The notes beneath the pieces are model-generated. The model was not told the DNA's origin and did no database searches. It worked only from the letters and a program-made list of their open reading frames with translations. Source: Atractiella rhizophila (taxonomy: Eukaryota). From it: a stretch of 64,000 bases of DNA. Positions 23,896 through 38,019 of this stretch are shown one piece after another. The stretch lies in the NCBI GenBank assembly GCA_021432655.1, contig MU271182.1, positions 62,001 to 126,000 on the forward strand, read 5' to 3'. Positions within the stretch are counted from its first letter, which is position 1, and each line of letters begins with the position of its first letter. The position numbers were made by a program, and so were the translations under genes.

Positions 23896-25361
23896 CTTGT
23901 AGTCATAGTCGTACTCATCTCCTGCCAATCCATTCTTAAACCCCCCCCCCACCCCCCAGAGGAGAGAAGGAAGCGTCCAACAAAGGAACCGCAGGAGACA
24001 CGGAAACACTCGCTTTGCCCTAAGTTACATTGTCCCCAGTCATTCAATCGGGCAACTAGTCTGGTCCTGGACGACCTGGATTCAGATCCAGGGTCATCAC
24101 CCACTGACCCCCTTGCCCCATCCTCCCTGTCGCTTCTTTCATCAGGCAAGCAACGGATGACACAAGCGAACGAAACTCCAGAAAATGTAAGGTAAATTGG
24201 GGGTGTGTCTGTCACCATCCAATGGATCTGCTTTCACAGACGATACCTTGCAGACGCTGCAGCCCCAAGTGAGCAATCCTTCCTAGACCATCCACACGCT
24301 GAGTTAGCTTCAAGGAGGGTTGGTGCAAGTAGCGGGAAGCAAGCAAGGATTCCCCCCTGCTTCCTCCCTCGCAGGAGTTGACCTCCAATCCGAACCAAGG
24401 TCAGACAAGCTCGAGATCCCAGAACCACGGCCCGATGCCCCAGTCATCCAATACAAGAGAAGAGTTCCCTACATTCCCCGTCTCCCCTATGGTGCCAGCA
24501 ATCACAAAATCCCCCCAGAGGCGGTTATCAAGGATCGATCCCGTTCTCCTAATCATGCTCTGCCACCTCAGGCAAGTGGATTGGTCCAATCAAGAAAGGA
24601 GGTGAAGCGTAAAGTCATCAGGCCGATTGGGCGAACATCGACGATGGGAAGACAGTGGGTGTGTGGGAGAGGGGATGGAGGAGGGCCTGCATGTTTAGGG
24701 GTCTGACTGTACTTTACAGTTGTTAATTGCAATAGAAGACATCTCTACACAGACATGGAGGTTTGCTACGTTTAGAGGAGTTGGAAATTGTCTGTAGACC
24801 GCTAACCAAGTGTCCAAGATGTATAACAGAATCGTAACAAAACTTGCACTTTTTAAGAGAGAATAAATAACAAGCTTCTTTCATGAGCTAGAGAACGTTT
24901 TGGAGGGTCAGACCATGTTTTTGAGAAGATGATAATGTCATCACATAGACTTTGCACCACTGTCCTGCCAGCAGTCCTTTAAAACCATGCTCTTTCCCTG
25001 TTGAAATCCTGTCGGTGCATTTTCAGCCCGAATGGCCTCCTTGTGAATTCATATAGTCCATCATATTTACAGAACGCTGTTTTATGAATATCATCAGGGT
25101 GTGTGGGATTTGATGGAAACCTTTATTTGCATCAAGCACTGTTATGAACTTTGCACCACTAGGGGCTGAAATTTGTTCATCCACCATTGGCATGGGGTAC
25201 AAATCACTTTTTGTGATTGCATTTTGTACTCTGTAGTCAATACACATTCAAGGATCTGAACCTTGTCGATAAACCATCAACACTGGCACTTGGCAAGCTG
25301 ACGCTTCAGAATCTCATACTACACCTAGTTCCTTCAGTTTTTCAACTGCCTCTTGCATATC

Positions 25362-25567
25362 TGTTGGAAATCAATGGGCTTGAGGAGCGGAGCTAAGTAT
25401 GACTTGGTTACGTTTGGCTGAGCTATTGCAAATGCATGAGCACCAGGAAATGGAATTCTATGTGTTTATATAGCTTACAGCAGAGGCAACTAGAAAATAG
25501 TAGAACATTCCAGAAACTAAAGAACTTTGCCACCGAGTGGCACGAAACTAGACTGCAAAATCCAACA
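25362..25567. mobile_element. Solo LTR (206 bp, Copia-like termini), 5-bp TSD ATATC
   Basis: TGTTGGA...TCCAACA termini. ATATC at 25357-25361 and 25568-25572. Near-identical inverted copy at 44714-44919. Confidence 0.93.
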
Positions 25568-25622
25568 ATATCCTTTCGTGCGCCAGGGCGAGTAGGGTAC
25601 GGGCGCTTGCAGATGTTGGGAG

Positions 25623-28600
25623 TAGGGACTCGTGTGAATGTGAGTAATTCATGAACAGTCACCGTATCATTCACCAAAAAGTCATGAATAAGGCGTTCAT
25701 GAACTGGTGAACTGGTGACTGTGACTGTGACATGAACTGTGAGCGTCAGGCCTGAGAAATTCTTGAGTCATGACTAGTCATGAATAAGTCACCGGGCACA
25801 ACTCATGTCGGCCGAAGTTACAGCCATCGTGATTCCCACGAGCCTCATCTTTGCTTCATGATCGACATTCTCGGATTCGGCTTCGGCCCTTGCTGGACCG
25901 GCTGAGGTTTTTGAGGTAGGCTTTTCCTATCAACCAGCGAGAAGAGGCTGAAAGACTGCTCTGATTTGCTCAGGAGGGCACTGATGCTGGTCACCCAATC
26001 ACAATTGATGAGGCTCTGACCAGCAAGCAGTCCATCTCTGGTAAGCTTTTTCTGCTGTATTTCCAACTTTCTCATACAACAACAGAACCTGTCATTGCTC
26101 CGAAGCAAAAGAGACTCTGTGTCAAGAAGGATAAGTCGCATTTGGACGAAGAGGCACGCTTGTAAGTACCTTGACTCTCCATTTGCTTCTCTGAACATAG
26201 ATCAGGGAAGCCAATATCAAATCTTGGAAATCCTCTGTCTATGCCGATTACGATGCTCCGACGATTGTCAAGAAGGAAGTGGAGAGAAGCGAAAAGAAGG
26301 TGGTTATTTATTATCGGGTTACTTGTAAGGTGTTTAAAGATCATGAAGTCGACCGGAAAAGGGTGGGTTTACAAGTGGGGCTGCACCGACATCACAACTT
26401 TTGGCAGGTGTTAAGGCATGTGAGGCAAAGCATGTGAAGTCCAGTGAGCGTTCAACAACACTGAATGAATTGGGTATGCCTTCGGGGATAAGAGTGATGG
26501 AAAGAAGGATTCTGGAGATGGAAACAAGGGCGGCATTCCGTGCTTCCCTTAATCCCCTCAACACTTCCGATTCTGGCTCGCTCTTCTCTGTGCTCGACGT
26601 AAACGGCCGTTCAATATTGTCGAGGATTACGAGCTCGGTGTCATCTTCAAGATGCTTCGACCTGATATGCACCTTGTTAGCGCTGACCAAGTCTCGAAGG
26701 ATCTCTGCAACATCTATACTTGAGCTGCCCAGATTATTAAGGATGTTTATTTGAAGGTAGAAGTTTCTCCACATTTCACATCTCACTTTCCGATAGTTGT
26801 GGGACAGGACATTGACCGGTTTCATGTTTCTACTAATGCTTGGACCTCAAGGAACCACATGGCTTGGCTTGACTTGCCGTGCTGGTTCATTATTGGTCAG
26901 GAACTGAGGTAAAAGAGATCATTTTAGAGTTTGTTCGGTACAGAGTTAGAACCATGCTGTGTCCTGTATGCTGATCTTCCTCACAGGCTGAGTGATTCGC
27001 ACAGGGGGAGATATTTGGCCGGAGAGATTGCGAATGTGTTGGAGCGGTATGGTATTGATGCAAAGGTCAGTCTTGCTTGTCCTTTGCCGTGTCCATCGAA
27101 TTGAACATGGAACTTAGTTGATGGGACAGGTGAGCGATACTGCGTCAAACAATGACACAATGGTTTCAGAACTCAAGCTCTTGCTCCTCTCCTTTAAGGG
27201 GCAAGAATACCACATCCGGTGCCTCAATCATGTCCTCAACCTGGTTGCAAAGGTATGTTCCTTAGCTTCTAATCACGTTTCTTACCTGACATCCTTTAGG
27301 CTCTGATCTTGCCCTTCATGAAAAGAGAAGAAAAGAAGGAAGAAGGGCAAAGAAACTGAGAGATTTGAAGATGACGGAGCTGTAAATATCAGCAAGGAAG
27401 AGGCTGCCATAATCGATAAGATAGTGGCAAGCCATGATGCAGTATAGGAAGCTATGGATGATGAGATTATTAAAGAGATATCCGATGAAGTGTTGAAGGA
27501 ACTGGAACAGGAAAATCCATTGAGAGCTGATGACAAGAGACTGAACATCAAGTTCAGTACAGAGGAGCACCAAGCTGTTTGTGGATGTGTTCAAAAGGTC
27601 CGTATAGCTTGATCATGTATTCTTTGCTTAAGACATTGCAGATTCGGGAACTGTCTCACAAGATCGTTAATGGCAGCTCGATGAACACGGAATTTCAGCG
27701 TGTTGTGGAGCGATTTTACAAGAACCTTACAGATGCATGACTTCCAATCCAGGATGTTGTCACCCGATAGAACAGTCTCTTCCTCTGCCTCGAACGAGCC
27801 CTCCTGCTCCGACAAGCTTTCGATGGTCATACAGAACAGAGCTCATTCAAACTTAAGAAGTATGAAGTGATGGAACCCGAATGGAAAGTCTTAGGTGAAT
27901 TGCAGGATGTTCTCAAGGTTTATCAATTGCTTCGATTTAATCTGTGTAAGATCTGAGCCTGGTCTGCAGCCTTTCTATCGAGCCACGGTCAAGCTATCTA
28001 CCAAGGTACGGGTGCTCCTTAGCGCCGTAATCCCTTATCTCGATAAGTTTGACCATAACCTTCGCAACATCAAGCTTAACCGAAATGCGAATCCGTTTAT
28101 TCAGTTGGGTGCTTGTCTTGCGATTGCAGTTCTTAATAAATATTATTCAAAAGCTTGTCAGGAGACAAGCATGTATAAGTTGGCAATCGGTTCATCTCTC
28201 TTGGTTATTATTACTGAGCTGATGTGAACTTCTAGTACTCCACCCTTTTTACAAACTTAAGTACTATGAACATGCAGGGTGGCTCACCTCCTGGATTCAA
28301 GAAATTCGGACATTGCTACGCGAGGAGTTCAAGACCTACCTTCCTACTCCTTCCGCAGAGAACATAGTTGTGACTGATCTGCCGGATGAGGAGGACTCTG
28401 ATGCAGAGGAACAGTTTCCATATCGAAAAGATTACCAGCAGACGGTTGAGAAGGAATATGATGAGATCAGGCAGTACTTAGAAGATGACCTGGAGAAGAC
28501 ATACAAGGACTTCGATGTACTGGCTTGGTGGAATGGGGAACGGCAAGGAAGCCGGCATCTTAATCTTGCAAAGCTAGCAATAGCTGTGCTCTCCTGCCCT

Positions 28601-29034
28601 GGTGTGTGCCATTTCCTTACTCCTTGCCTTCTGGTGACCCTTCCTTAGTGACCAGTACCGATGCGGAACGTGCTTTCAGTGTGGGAGGACTTCAGATCAC
28701 TGGCCTCCGGCACAATCTATCACAAGATTCATTCCATGCTGCTATGGCTTTAGGCTCCTGGTATGATGCTGGATTGCTTTCTGGGACAGACAAAGAGCTT
28801 TTTGATTACTTTAAGACAAAATAGACATATACACACATACAAACCCATCAGAACTACTCTTTCCCGCCGTGCTTCGTGACTGAATCATGAAGTGTCATGA
28901 ATAATCACCTGAGAATCATGACTTGTCATGAATATAATGTATGATCTGTGACATGCCGATGAATTGAAATTTTGGTTGAAAAAGTCATGACTAGCCGTCA
29001 TGAACTTATCATGAACTTGTCACGCGAGTCCCTA
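25623..29034 (+). mobile_element. Full-length hAT DNA transposon (3412 bp), 8-bp TSD GTTGGGAG, transposase inactivated
   Basis: TIR TAGGGACTCGTGTGA / TCACGCGAGTCCCTA. TSD at 25615-25622 and 29035-29042. Many TCATGA subterminal palindromes. Transposase motifs TNAWTS, SDTASNNDTM, HIRCLNHVLNLVAK, DVVTR*NS (premature stop), DVLAWW, ERAFSVGGLQITGLRHNLS. Confidence 0.95.
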
Positions 29035-29459
29035 GTTGGGAGGCAGCTTGTCCTCTTCCATCGTAAGTTCAATATGCATTTCCGTTCGGGGCAACTCTCC
29101 GAAAAAGCGGGGAAAAGACGAAGCCAGAGGACGATTTCCATATGCAAGGCAAAGAACTTGCTCTCCTTCATTTCTTTGACAAATTCAACTGAAACGGTAT
29201 TTGACGAAACATACGACTCCTTCACATTCAATGAATTTTTTGTTTGGGTCCAGCGATTTCCGCTAACTGGTAATACTTGCACAGTCGAAATGTGAATATG
29301 CTCTGCCTCCCTCTGCCATGTACTCGCAGGTAAACAAGTCGCAGTTGCACAATATTATCCCAAAAAGTCTGTAATACCTTTCACGTTACGAAACCCAGGC
29401 TGAAACTGAAATGAGGTTGAAAGCAGATCAGATTGAAGTGAGACGAGGAAATGTTGTGT

Positions 29460-31720
29460 GCTTGCAGTCCTTAAGATGCTTGCAGAAGTGCTAAAAGCAC
29501 CTTCATGGCTTTTGACGGAACAGTGTTATTGCTCGGAGCATTGGTGTGTTGTACCACGACACCCAATTCCGCCGTTCGCGTCTCGAGCTCTCGACGGATC
29601 ACCGCTGCTTCTTCGCTCGAAGGGGTACACTGAAGATCGCACACGAGGCACAGCAGCCCGCTGCAGAAAGACATTGGTCAGCCCTCTGTCAATGAACACG
29701 CAACGGGCTCACGTCAAATGTATGAAGAGGAGCTGGAACGCCGGTAAGGGTGGTCTGTTGTTCATGATCTGAGCCAGTTTCACTATAACTTGTTTAGAGG
29801 ATGCTCTTGTGAAATGAAACAAAGCGAACTGGCATTCGAGATGGCTACAAAACGATGCCAATCCAAGTTGATCCCATCGACCTCGTTCCGCTGCATGGTG
29901 AGGAAGGGACGATGCAACAGGACATAACCAAACGCAAGGAGGACCTTGAGGGCATAAACTTGATTAGGAGACTTCGGAGTTCCTGCCGTCTCAAAATTGC
30001 TTATATCGGTGGAGATGTCCTCAAGGCTCTTATTCAACTCCTTGATATTGTCGTACGTGACTGAATCACGAGCTGTGAGGTGTTGAATCCGCGCAAAGGT
30101 GACGACGAGAGTGTGCTGGATCGCTCGCATCGCTAGAACAGATCCCCCCAAAGACTCATCGAGCGTTCCCGGGTCGGTCTTGGCTGTGTAAGATGGTATT
30201 CGTGTCCAATGATGGCCACATTCGCCCTCGATAGATGGGCAGCCAACTTCTCCAAGGTCAGCTAGAAAGGTTGGGAAGGTAGAGAGCTTACATATCGATG
30301 TAATAGAAGTGCCAGAAAAGACGCCTGCGATCTTCTACTTCGTCGTAAGACATCCCGGAAAGCAGATCGGCCGGACCTTTAAGCAGGTTTAGGGTCTGAA
30401 GAAGCTGGGGAGCACCAGTCCAGAAATTGTTAGCGGAGGGGATGTGTACCCCATCCGAGAAGGAGAGCCAGTAATGAAACATGAGCGCCAATGCACGAGC
30501 CGCATCCAATATTGGCTCTACCGTCCACCCAGCTACCAAGATAATTAAGGGACAAAGACGATGTTCAAGGAAAGAAAACTTACGTCCTACGTTCAGCATC
30601 TTGACACCAGCATCTACCCAGAAACGGGCGAGGAGTGCTGCTTCCTGTTTCGGAGGAAAGCCGGTCTCTCTCAGCTTCTGCTCGTCCATCACTGCCAATC
30701 CGATCGCGCAAACTAAGAGGTATTTTGACACCCAATGATGGTCGAGTCCTTCTGGGCGTCCAACCACAGACTTGTTATTGATGAAGAGGTAGTAGTTTTG
30801 GACATCTATTCTAAACTTCCCACGAGCGATGAGTGGACTGGGAGTGTAAGACGTGTTGAAGAAGGAATCGATTGCAAGACTTCCTTGAATTTCGGTCGGG
30901 AGAACGTCGGCATCTGGAAAATGCTGAATTGTTTGGGGGTAAGGCACAGGAGGACCGCCAAGGTTATTGACGGGGCTCTGAGGAGCGGAAGCAGGTTAGC
31001 AGGATACGGAGGAAAAGTAAGCGGGACCGGGCGAACATTTTGGAGGATCCGAATTTCATCGTCTCTGGGGAACAAGGACATGGACAGTTCTTGCGCCATG
31101 GTGTTGTTCTGCAAAGGCACCTTGATATCCCGGACGGTCGGAGGAGGCGCTTTTGCGGGCTGAGTTGAAGATGTTGTTTCTGCCGCTGCTGGGGCCTCTT
31201 GCGATGTCCTGCAAACAACCAAAAACTCTGAGAAGGACAGGAAAAGACGCAACTCAGGCTAACGTACTGCGGTCCATTGGTGAGGAGCGTGCAGACTTTA
31301 TCATCCCCCCTCGCTCTGCAATTGCTACACGGTCTTCCTTGATCACATCGTGTCCTCCGGGTCCTGCACTGCTCACTCCATGTCAACATAGCTCAGCCTT
31401 CGAAATAACGCTCAGAATCGCACCTGAATGCAAGCCGTTGCTGGTCGCCCTGAGAAGTGCAAATCAGTCTGGTTCCAGATAGCATTCAGTAAACTGCAGC
31501 TCGCCTCCGCCTCTCCCCCTTCCTACACCCTTCTGGCCCTTTGGACGAGGTGGTTTAACGGCCGCAGTGGTTGAGTTTCGCGATGCAGAACCAGAAAAGT
31601 TTGGTTCAGACTGTGCAGTTTCGGGAGGTTGTGCAGCTGAATGTGAGGAGTTGGATTCTGTTGAGAGCAGGAGGGGATTGAGCGTGAACTCCATTTTTAC
31701 TGCCTGCATCTGAGGAGCGT
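29460..31720 (-). CDS. Zn(II)2Cys6 fungal transcription factor with fungal-specific TF domain, multi-exon, possibly damaged
   Basis: EQCRTRRTRCDQGRPCSNCRARGDDKVC (31290-31375), EVEDRRRLFWHFYYID (30290-30340) and YVLLHRPFL. An apparent frameshift lies near 30950, and gene ends are approximate. Confidence 0.85.
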
Positions 31721-34700
31721 AAACTTGTAGAAGGGATGGATTGATGGTCCCCAACAATCTTGCCTAATAGGCCGACTCCTTCAGTATGGTATTTTGTTGT
31801 CTTGCCTTTCGTGCCGTTTGTTGGCTTCGCAGTCGCACTGGATGGCTCAACGCCGTTTCAGCCTCTTGCGGGATGGATTCTCGAATCGGGCGTGGTGGTG
31901 ATGCGAGAAGGAGTCCGGTGTGACTGCTGATGACCTGAGGTGGGATAACAAGAGCAAAGCTGAGAGGGTCGCGTCTTTAAATCTTGCGTGAGGGACGACC
32001 GCCAAACGACCGGGCTTACAGAGAGCTCGGTAGGAGTCCTAACATCGATAATCTCTTCCAAGTTCTAAGGCTGTCCAACCCAAACAGCACAGTCCTGCCC
32101 CATGAATTGGTCCGGAACTAAGATGGAACGTGAGAACTGAGAACAGGATTGACCAATGAAATGCGGCTCACTCCCTCGAAGTTCCCTCATATCGGGTTAA
32201 TTTGAACCGTCTCTAATTTCACTGAATTTGTATGGTGGGTTAGATTCCAGAAACATACTTTCAGGAAGGATTCCAAAAGATTCCAGCAGTGGGTCGAGAC
32301 AGATCGTAAGGGAGCTCCAACTGGATGTCCAGGACACAATGTGCTTCTACTGAGCCGACCGTGGGTAAGTGATGACCAGGAGCCAACTCTTTGTAAGAAG
32401 GTGGCCATCTCCTCTCAAACATCCGCGCACACTAGATCGGTTTCTATCACGACGTGCAACTGCATTCAGCTGGTGATATCCGAAATTAGGCTTTTGAACA
32501 CCTCCTGAGAGTACACACACCTATGCTCCTTTTGCTTGATTTGATTTGATGGTAAAGGACTCAGGGATACCATAGTAGATTGTTAGGAAGCATATTTGTG
32601 CTGAAAGAAACAGTTTCACTTGCATGAACATTTGCTCACTTTCCCTCATAGTTAGGAAACTATATCTTTTGGCGCACGATGCGAGAAATCAGAGAAAGCG
32701 CTGAAGAAATCGCGTGCAGGCACTTTGCAGCGCTGCACTTTTCGGGGGTGACAAAATGTGAGCCCACCCAGAATCGAACCCACATCAACATAACCGGTGC
32801 CCTGAATTTTGCCACATACCAACTGGACCATAGTACACCTTTTGTGTCGTATCAACTTACTTTCAGTAGGTAACCAAAGCTTTGCCCAAACGACCTGACT
32901 CAGTCAGGAAAACATTTTTATTTTCGTCTTTCAAACAGGCTTTGCTGTATGCGGTTCGAAGGGCGCCGACACGCGTATTCTGTCGGTATCTGATATAAGA
33001 GCTCAAAAGTACATGCGTGAGTCATGGTCAAACCCGTCGTGCTTTTTATATAAGGATGACGTAATGACCGCAATGAATGGTCGAGCTCGCTGTATCGGCT
33101 CTCCTCGACTGCATTCTCTGCTTCTTCTTCGTTCTCGCTGTCAATAAGCAGAAATTAGACAGCGTTTTGTCTGTAAGTGTCCTTTTCCTTTTCCCTCTGA
33201 TCTGCGTTGATGGAGCCACCAGACTAACAACGATACCATCATTCGTGTGGGTCTTTTCGGCCACGAGAAATCTGAGTCATACTCATAAGCCGCGACAGTT
33301 GATTTATTTCGCCATAGTGACGAGCGTTATCACCGCTTCACTTCGTCTGCTTGAACTCGTTCTCTTGCTCAGTTATCTAGGGTACCACATATCACATTGC
33401 GGGTACGTCCTCCATTCGTTATTCCTCGGCTTGTCGATTTATAAGGCACAGGTCTCGTCATCACTCCGAAGGTTTATGTCAACGGGTAAGCATCAAGCAC
33501 CCAATTTCAGTCGTGGATTTCTCATTGAACCGCCACAGCGTTCTTATCCTAATCAGCGGAGCCCGAGTTAATATGCCATCTTTCCAAACAACATCATCGG
33601 TGGGCATCCCTGATGAAATTAGGCTGGAAGTAAGGGCTCTCTTTGCATGTGAACCAGGCTTAACGGAGCACCACTCTAGACGCCTGCAGCCCGAGACATC
33701 AATCGGATTAGCCAAGCTGTGAAGTTTCATTTTGGCAGCACTAATAGCAACTGCAGCAACTTGGACCTTGATCAGTCTTGGCGAACAGCTTCATGGCCAC
33801 TAGCCGCAAAAAGCTCAATAATTGATCATAACAAGAAGAACAACCTTGAGCAATGTGCTTGGATGGAGCAGGCAATGATTCACGAATGCTACTCAAGCCC
33901 CTCTGACCACCACACCTGCGACAACGCACTTTCTGGGACTGTTTCCAATAGTGAATGCGCTTCAGTAATCAGAACTTAAGCCCAGTGTCTTTGATGTAAT
34001 TGATGAGGCATTCACCATCAAAACACAATCTCTTTGTCCCCTCTGCTCAAGTCTCTCTAATAAGAGGATTGAGAACTCAGGTTTACCTCATTGGACTTTG
34101 ATATCTTTATCAATAACCAAGCCGGGAAGATCAGTTCATTCGCAAAGGAGGGCGGACCGATTCCGTGTTCATGACAGCCACGGTTTGGGTATTAGGAATG
34201 AAGTAAATAATTAGTATTACAACTATTATTATAATATATTTACTTTGCGACAACTTTGTAATGTTCTATGTTCTACATTGCTCGCCCTCACCGCACCTCA
34301 AGCAAACATATTACCTGTTTCAAACAAGATGAGTGAAGATGAAGAGTTATAAAAGAGATACAACCTGAAATCATTGCCCCAAATCAAATGAATAAAGGTA
34401 GATTCGTAAAGGCAGTGGATGACCGTGGATCTTGTCCATTGCCAGTGCCAGATCCTCGACACTGCTGAGATAGACCAGGTTTGTGTATCCCAAATTTGTT
34501 TTCTCAGGGCCGAGAGATAGTTCCCCGCTCTCCATAGCCTGTACTTGAAATCTGGAGACGTTTTCATTCTGATTTTCGCCTTGGACTCGATGGATAGCAT
34601 CAAGGACCTGCCTCCAACACGAGATAATATTGCACAGCAGAAGGAGGAGCTTGGTATTAAGAAGGCAAGACGAAAACATAAACCATTTCTTAGAACTGCA

Positions 34701-37164
34701 ACTGACACCGTTATTTCGTTTGCAGGAAAACGCTCCCTTCGTCCTCTTTAATAAGTGTGACCTCACAATGGAATGAACTGACGGAGCAGAGGTTGAAGCC
34801 ACTCTTCGAGGTTTTACGGCGGAGTTGCGTATTATAAGACATCAACGTCGCTGCTGTTTTTGAGTGTATCGTCCGCCAAATCATGGATTCGGAGCTGGAT
34901 ATGAATCCACAGAGCAGGTTAAAGAAGCGGAAGGCCCGTTGCGTTTTCACTCGATCTTTTTGTATCTGACGTTTCGCTCCTCCGCTATTCAGCTTATGTT
35001 TTCAATTTTAAAACCATTCCTGCGAGTGCGAAGACTCATGCTTCTCTTCTTACAGCCCTCTGCACACTCGGAACTTTATCAATTAGTTCTCCAGCCGAAG
35101 ACCCCGCTAACCTCTCCCCTCTCAACTGAACATGTCAGGGGAACAATGAGGCGTCTGGCCTTATTTCTTGGGAAGACGGCAGATAAGTGAGATCGAACTG
35201 GATAATATGGGATTCCTCCATCATTTTGGAAGATGCGATGGATCAAACCAGATATTTTTATATTTTTGCATACCCAGATTAATCGCTCACCCTCATGAAC
35301 AGTCAGTCTTAATACGTACTCTGGATGAATGCCAGGTGCTCAAACTTTTTTTGATCAATGTCCTGCTGAATCAAACGCTAGTTTCTTGCCAATGGGTTGG
35401 ATGTCTGTGAACGTCACCGCTTTATTATAAGACTAACTCCCACCGACTGCAGGATACGGATGCTTGACAATCTCGGAAAGGCATCCACGTTTCTCTACAC
35501 TTCCTTACCACTCTGTTTCTTTGACTCCACTGGTGACACGCTTGCTAACGGTAAACAGATGGCGTCTATCCACACGCTTCCCATCGAACTCCTCCCGCAT
35601 GTCATCAGGTTGCTTAAACAAAGCACCGCAATAAAGGGTCGAAAGATAAGACCTCACCCACCCGACAAGGCGAGCGTGGTATTGTGACAGCTTTCTGACA
35701 TGGAAGCCTTTTTGCGCACATCCTTGGATGAAGCTAGCTAGACGAGCTAACGTTGCGTTTCTCTCCTGTAAATTCAGCATTGTGGAATCGAAGGCCTCTT
35801 CCTTCACTTGTTTCGCATTCCCATGTACATCCATACCTTCATATTGCTTAGGGGTATGCTGATGGTTCAGAGTGATTCGGAATTTAAGAACCCGTTTGAC
35901 CCGACTGCTGGCGTCTAATGAGACGATCACGCCCGCCCGTCAAAGCGGATGCAGCACACATAGAGTCCGTTGGGCAGTTTCTGCATATAGATAACGTTTA
36001 TGAGAATTTCTCCTCTCCAAAAGGTGCCCAGGTTTAAGGAGGGTGCGCCAGAGCATGTTGATGGCCGTTCCTTGAAGTACCATTTACAGATGAGTCGCTT
36101 CTTGCAAGCGCCTCAGACCGAGACATCACAAATTTGGGGACATTAAAATAGGAGCGTGGTATGCGCTTGGCCATTACACTCGGCTCCCTGCCCGGTTGGG
36201 CTGACGCGGTGCGACTTCGTCGAACCCGGTCGATGATGGTTCCAGCAACATCGATCAATGGCCCTTAGGTATGGCCGGCCCTCTGGAGCCCGCTGCTGAC
36301 GGCAGAGTCAGCGCTGCTCCTCATAACTGCGAACTTCTGTTTAAGGACCGCGTTTGGCCAGCATCTTCTATTACGCAGAGGCAAGGATTTCATTCCTCAT
36401 AAACGCCAACTTGACAATGGAAAATGACAGAGCAAACGCGCTGATAGCGCAAGTCTGTAGGCTTGTCTCACGGGTTACCCGTGATTCCGCGGGAAAAACC
36501 TCCCGATTATCTACCTCAAGTGCCATCCCCTCAACCGCCCCCGTCACCCGCACAGTTTTCACCGTCAGCCCGCGGTGTGGGTAGGTGGTTTATGGGCGGG
36601 TGGCAGTTACAGCGGGCCAACAGGTCATGAGTAGGTGAAGGGTTACAATGGGAAGAGTTTGTACCGATATTGTGAAATGTGTGCAACAAGAACAAGTCAG
36701 CGTGCGCGTGCTGGCTCGACTCAATGGTCTCGATGGCTGCGCTGCTGCACTGCTGCTTCTTGCTTCTTCTGCTGCTTCCTAGCAGCAACAGCCGCATCCT
36801 CCTTCTTCCTATCACTCTTTTTCAATGCCCTCAACAACACATTTACCGAACCCACTCGCCCCGTTCCCAAAGCTTCAAGATCATGGAGGCACGAAAGGTC
36901 GAATCAACCGGTAGCAGCGTTGTGGGTTATTATACTCTATGGACAAAGGTGTTTGAGCTCAAAAGGAGCCTGAGGACTTTCAAAGTGTTTTGACCAGAAA
37001 CAATAAACAATCTTCTCAGATATGGGATAACTTAGAAATGAGCATTGTCTAAGAACCACATCTAGCTCACTTATCTTGACGCCATTTGTCAACGTATGCA
37101 TCTCTTTGAGGTTAGCCTAGGACTTGTCAGCCAGTTCCCAATTCGAAGCAATGACAAAATCAAG

Positions 37165-37330
37165 GTGAGAACCGGCAGGTTCCCGCGGAATTTGTTGGGG
37201 AAGGATCCTAACCCGTCACCCTTCCCTTATCCCTCACGGGGTTTCCCCTGCACCCAGAGACAACCCGTACGGTGTACGGGTCAGGTGGGTTGGCGGTTTT
37301 GAAGGTTTCCAAAACCGTGTGACAAGCCTA
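37165..37330. mobile_element. hAT-like terminus fragment (reverse complement TAGGCTTGTCACACGG)
   Basis: ACCCG/CGGGT subterminal repeats end at GTGTGACAAGCCTA, which closely matches the terminus at 39223. Confidence 0.65.
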
Positions 37331-37499
37331 CAAGTCTGCCATGCAATAGATAACAGAAATTTGGGCACTGTCCCTTGCCCCAATCCGCAACCCTTACCTG
37401 AAGAGGAGACGCACCTCAGCTGCCGAAGTGGCTGTCCCTTGGCTCTTTCCTTCCTCCTTTGTAGAGACTTGAATTGGTCGCGAAGGGGCGAGTTGAGTC

Positions 37500-37620
37500 C
37501 ACTGGATGCTGAGAGCTGTAAAAACGAGGCCGGACGGCATGGCTAAAATTCAGAATGAGGAGGTAAATGAGGTTCAAAAACACCTTGCCATCCCCAAACA
37601 CTCTGTAAGACCTGTCGGAT
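37500..37620 (-). repeat. Dispersed repeat shared with 59685-59795, probably the LTR-end/internal junction of an LTR retrotransposon
   Basis: Shared GAGGTAAATGAGGTT..CACCTTGCCATCCCCAAACACTCTGTAAGACCTG. On the minus strand it reads ..GGTCTTACA followed by internal sequence. Confidence 0.65.
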
Positions 37621-38019
37621 CCAGCAAGGTGAAGACACAAAATCGGATTGCCTGAACCAGGGAAGACCGAAAAAATTTTTTGGACTCGTCTCGAAGGTTC
37701 CGACCAAATGCGGTCGGACATGGTCGATTGTTGTCATCATCGAAGACCTCATTCAACCATTCTCCTCACGTTATAGACAGAACATGGAGTGTTGGAGTTT
37801 GGTAGTCTCAAAGCCACTATTAACATTTCCAGTACTCTGACCTGATCATAGTGTACCATCCATCAGTGGCTTAACCAGCTAGAACACGGTAGAATAATTT
37901 GATTGCATTTATGTAGTAGTAATATTTTGATGCATTTGAAGTCGGTTTCCCTTGTCCTTCTCCTGCAGGCGAGATGCTGCCTGCCAGTGCACCTATTCTC
38001 TCCACCAATCCAGACTGTT

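Larger units (their letters stand above)
24880..29300 (-). mobile_element. Ty3/Gypsy pol (RT) fragment interrupted by a solo LTR and a hAT element
   Basis: MCIDYRVQNAITKSDLYPMPMVDEQI..GAKFITVLDANKGFHQI, KTAF and PFGL motifs at 24900-25250. The upstream frame can be rebuilt across both insertions (EMHIELTMEEDKLPPN|ICKRPYPTRPGARKD|MQEAVEKLKELGV). Confidence 0.88.

Noticed and set aside
23940..23958. C-rich run as telomeric repeat or G-quadruplex element
   Set aside because: A single short homopolymer at a fragment junction, with no TTAGGG-type periodicity.
33000..37000. Fragmentary ORFs on both strands
   Set aside because: Stop-riddled with no motif I can assign, so left unannotated.
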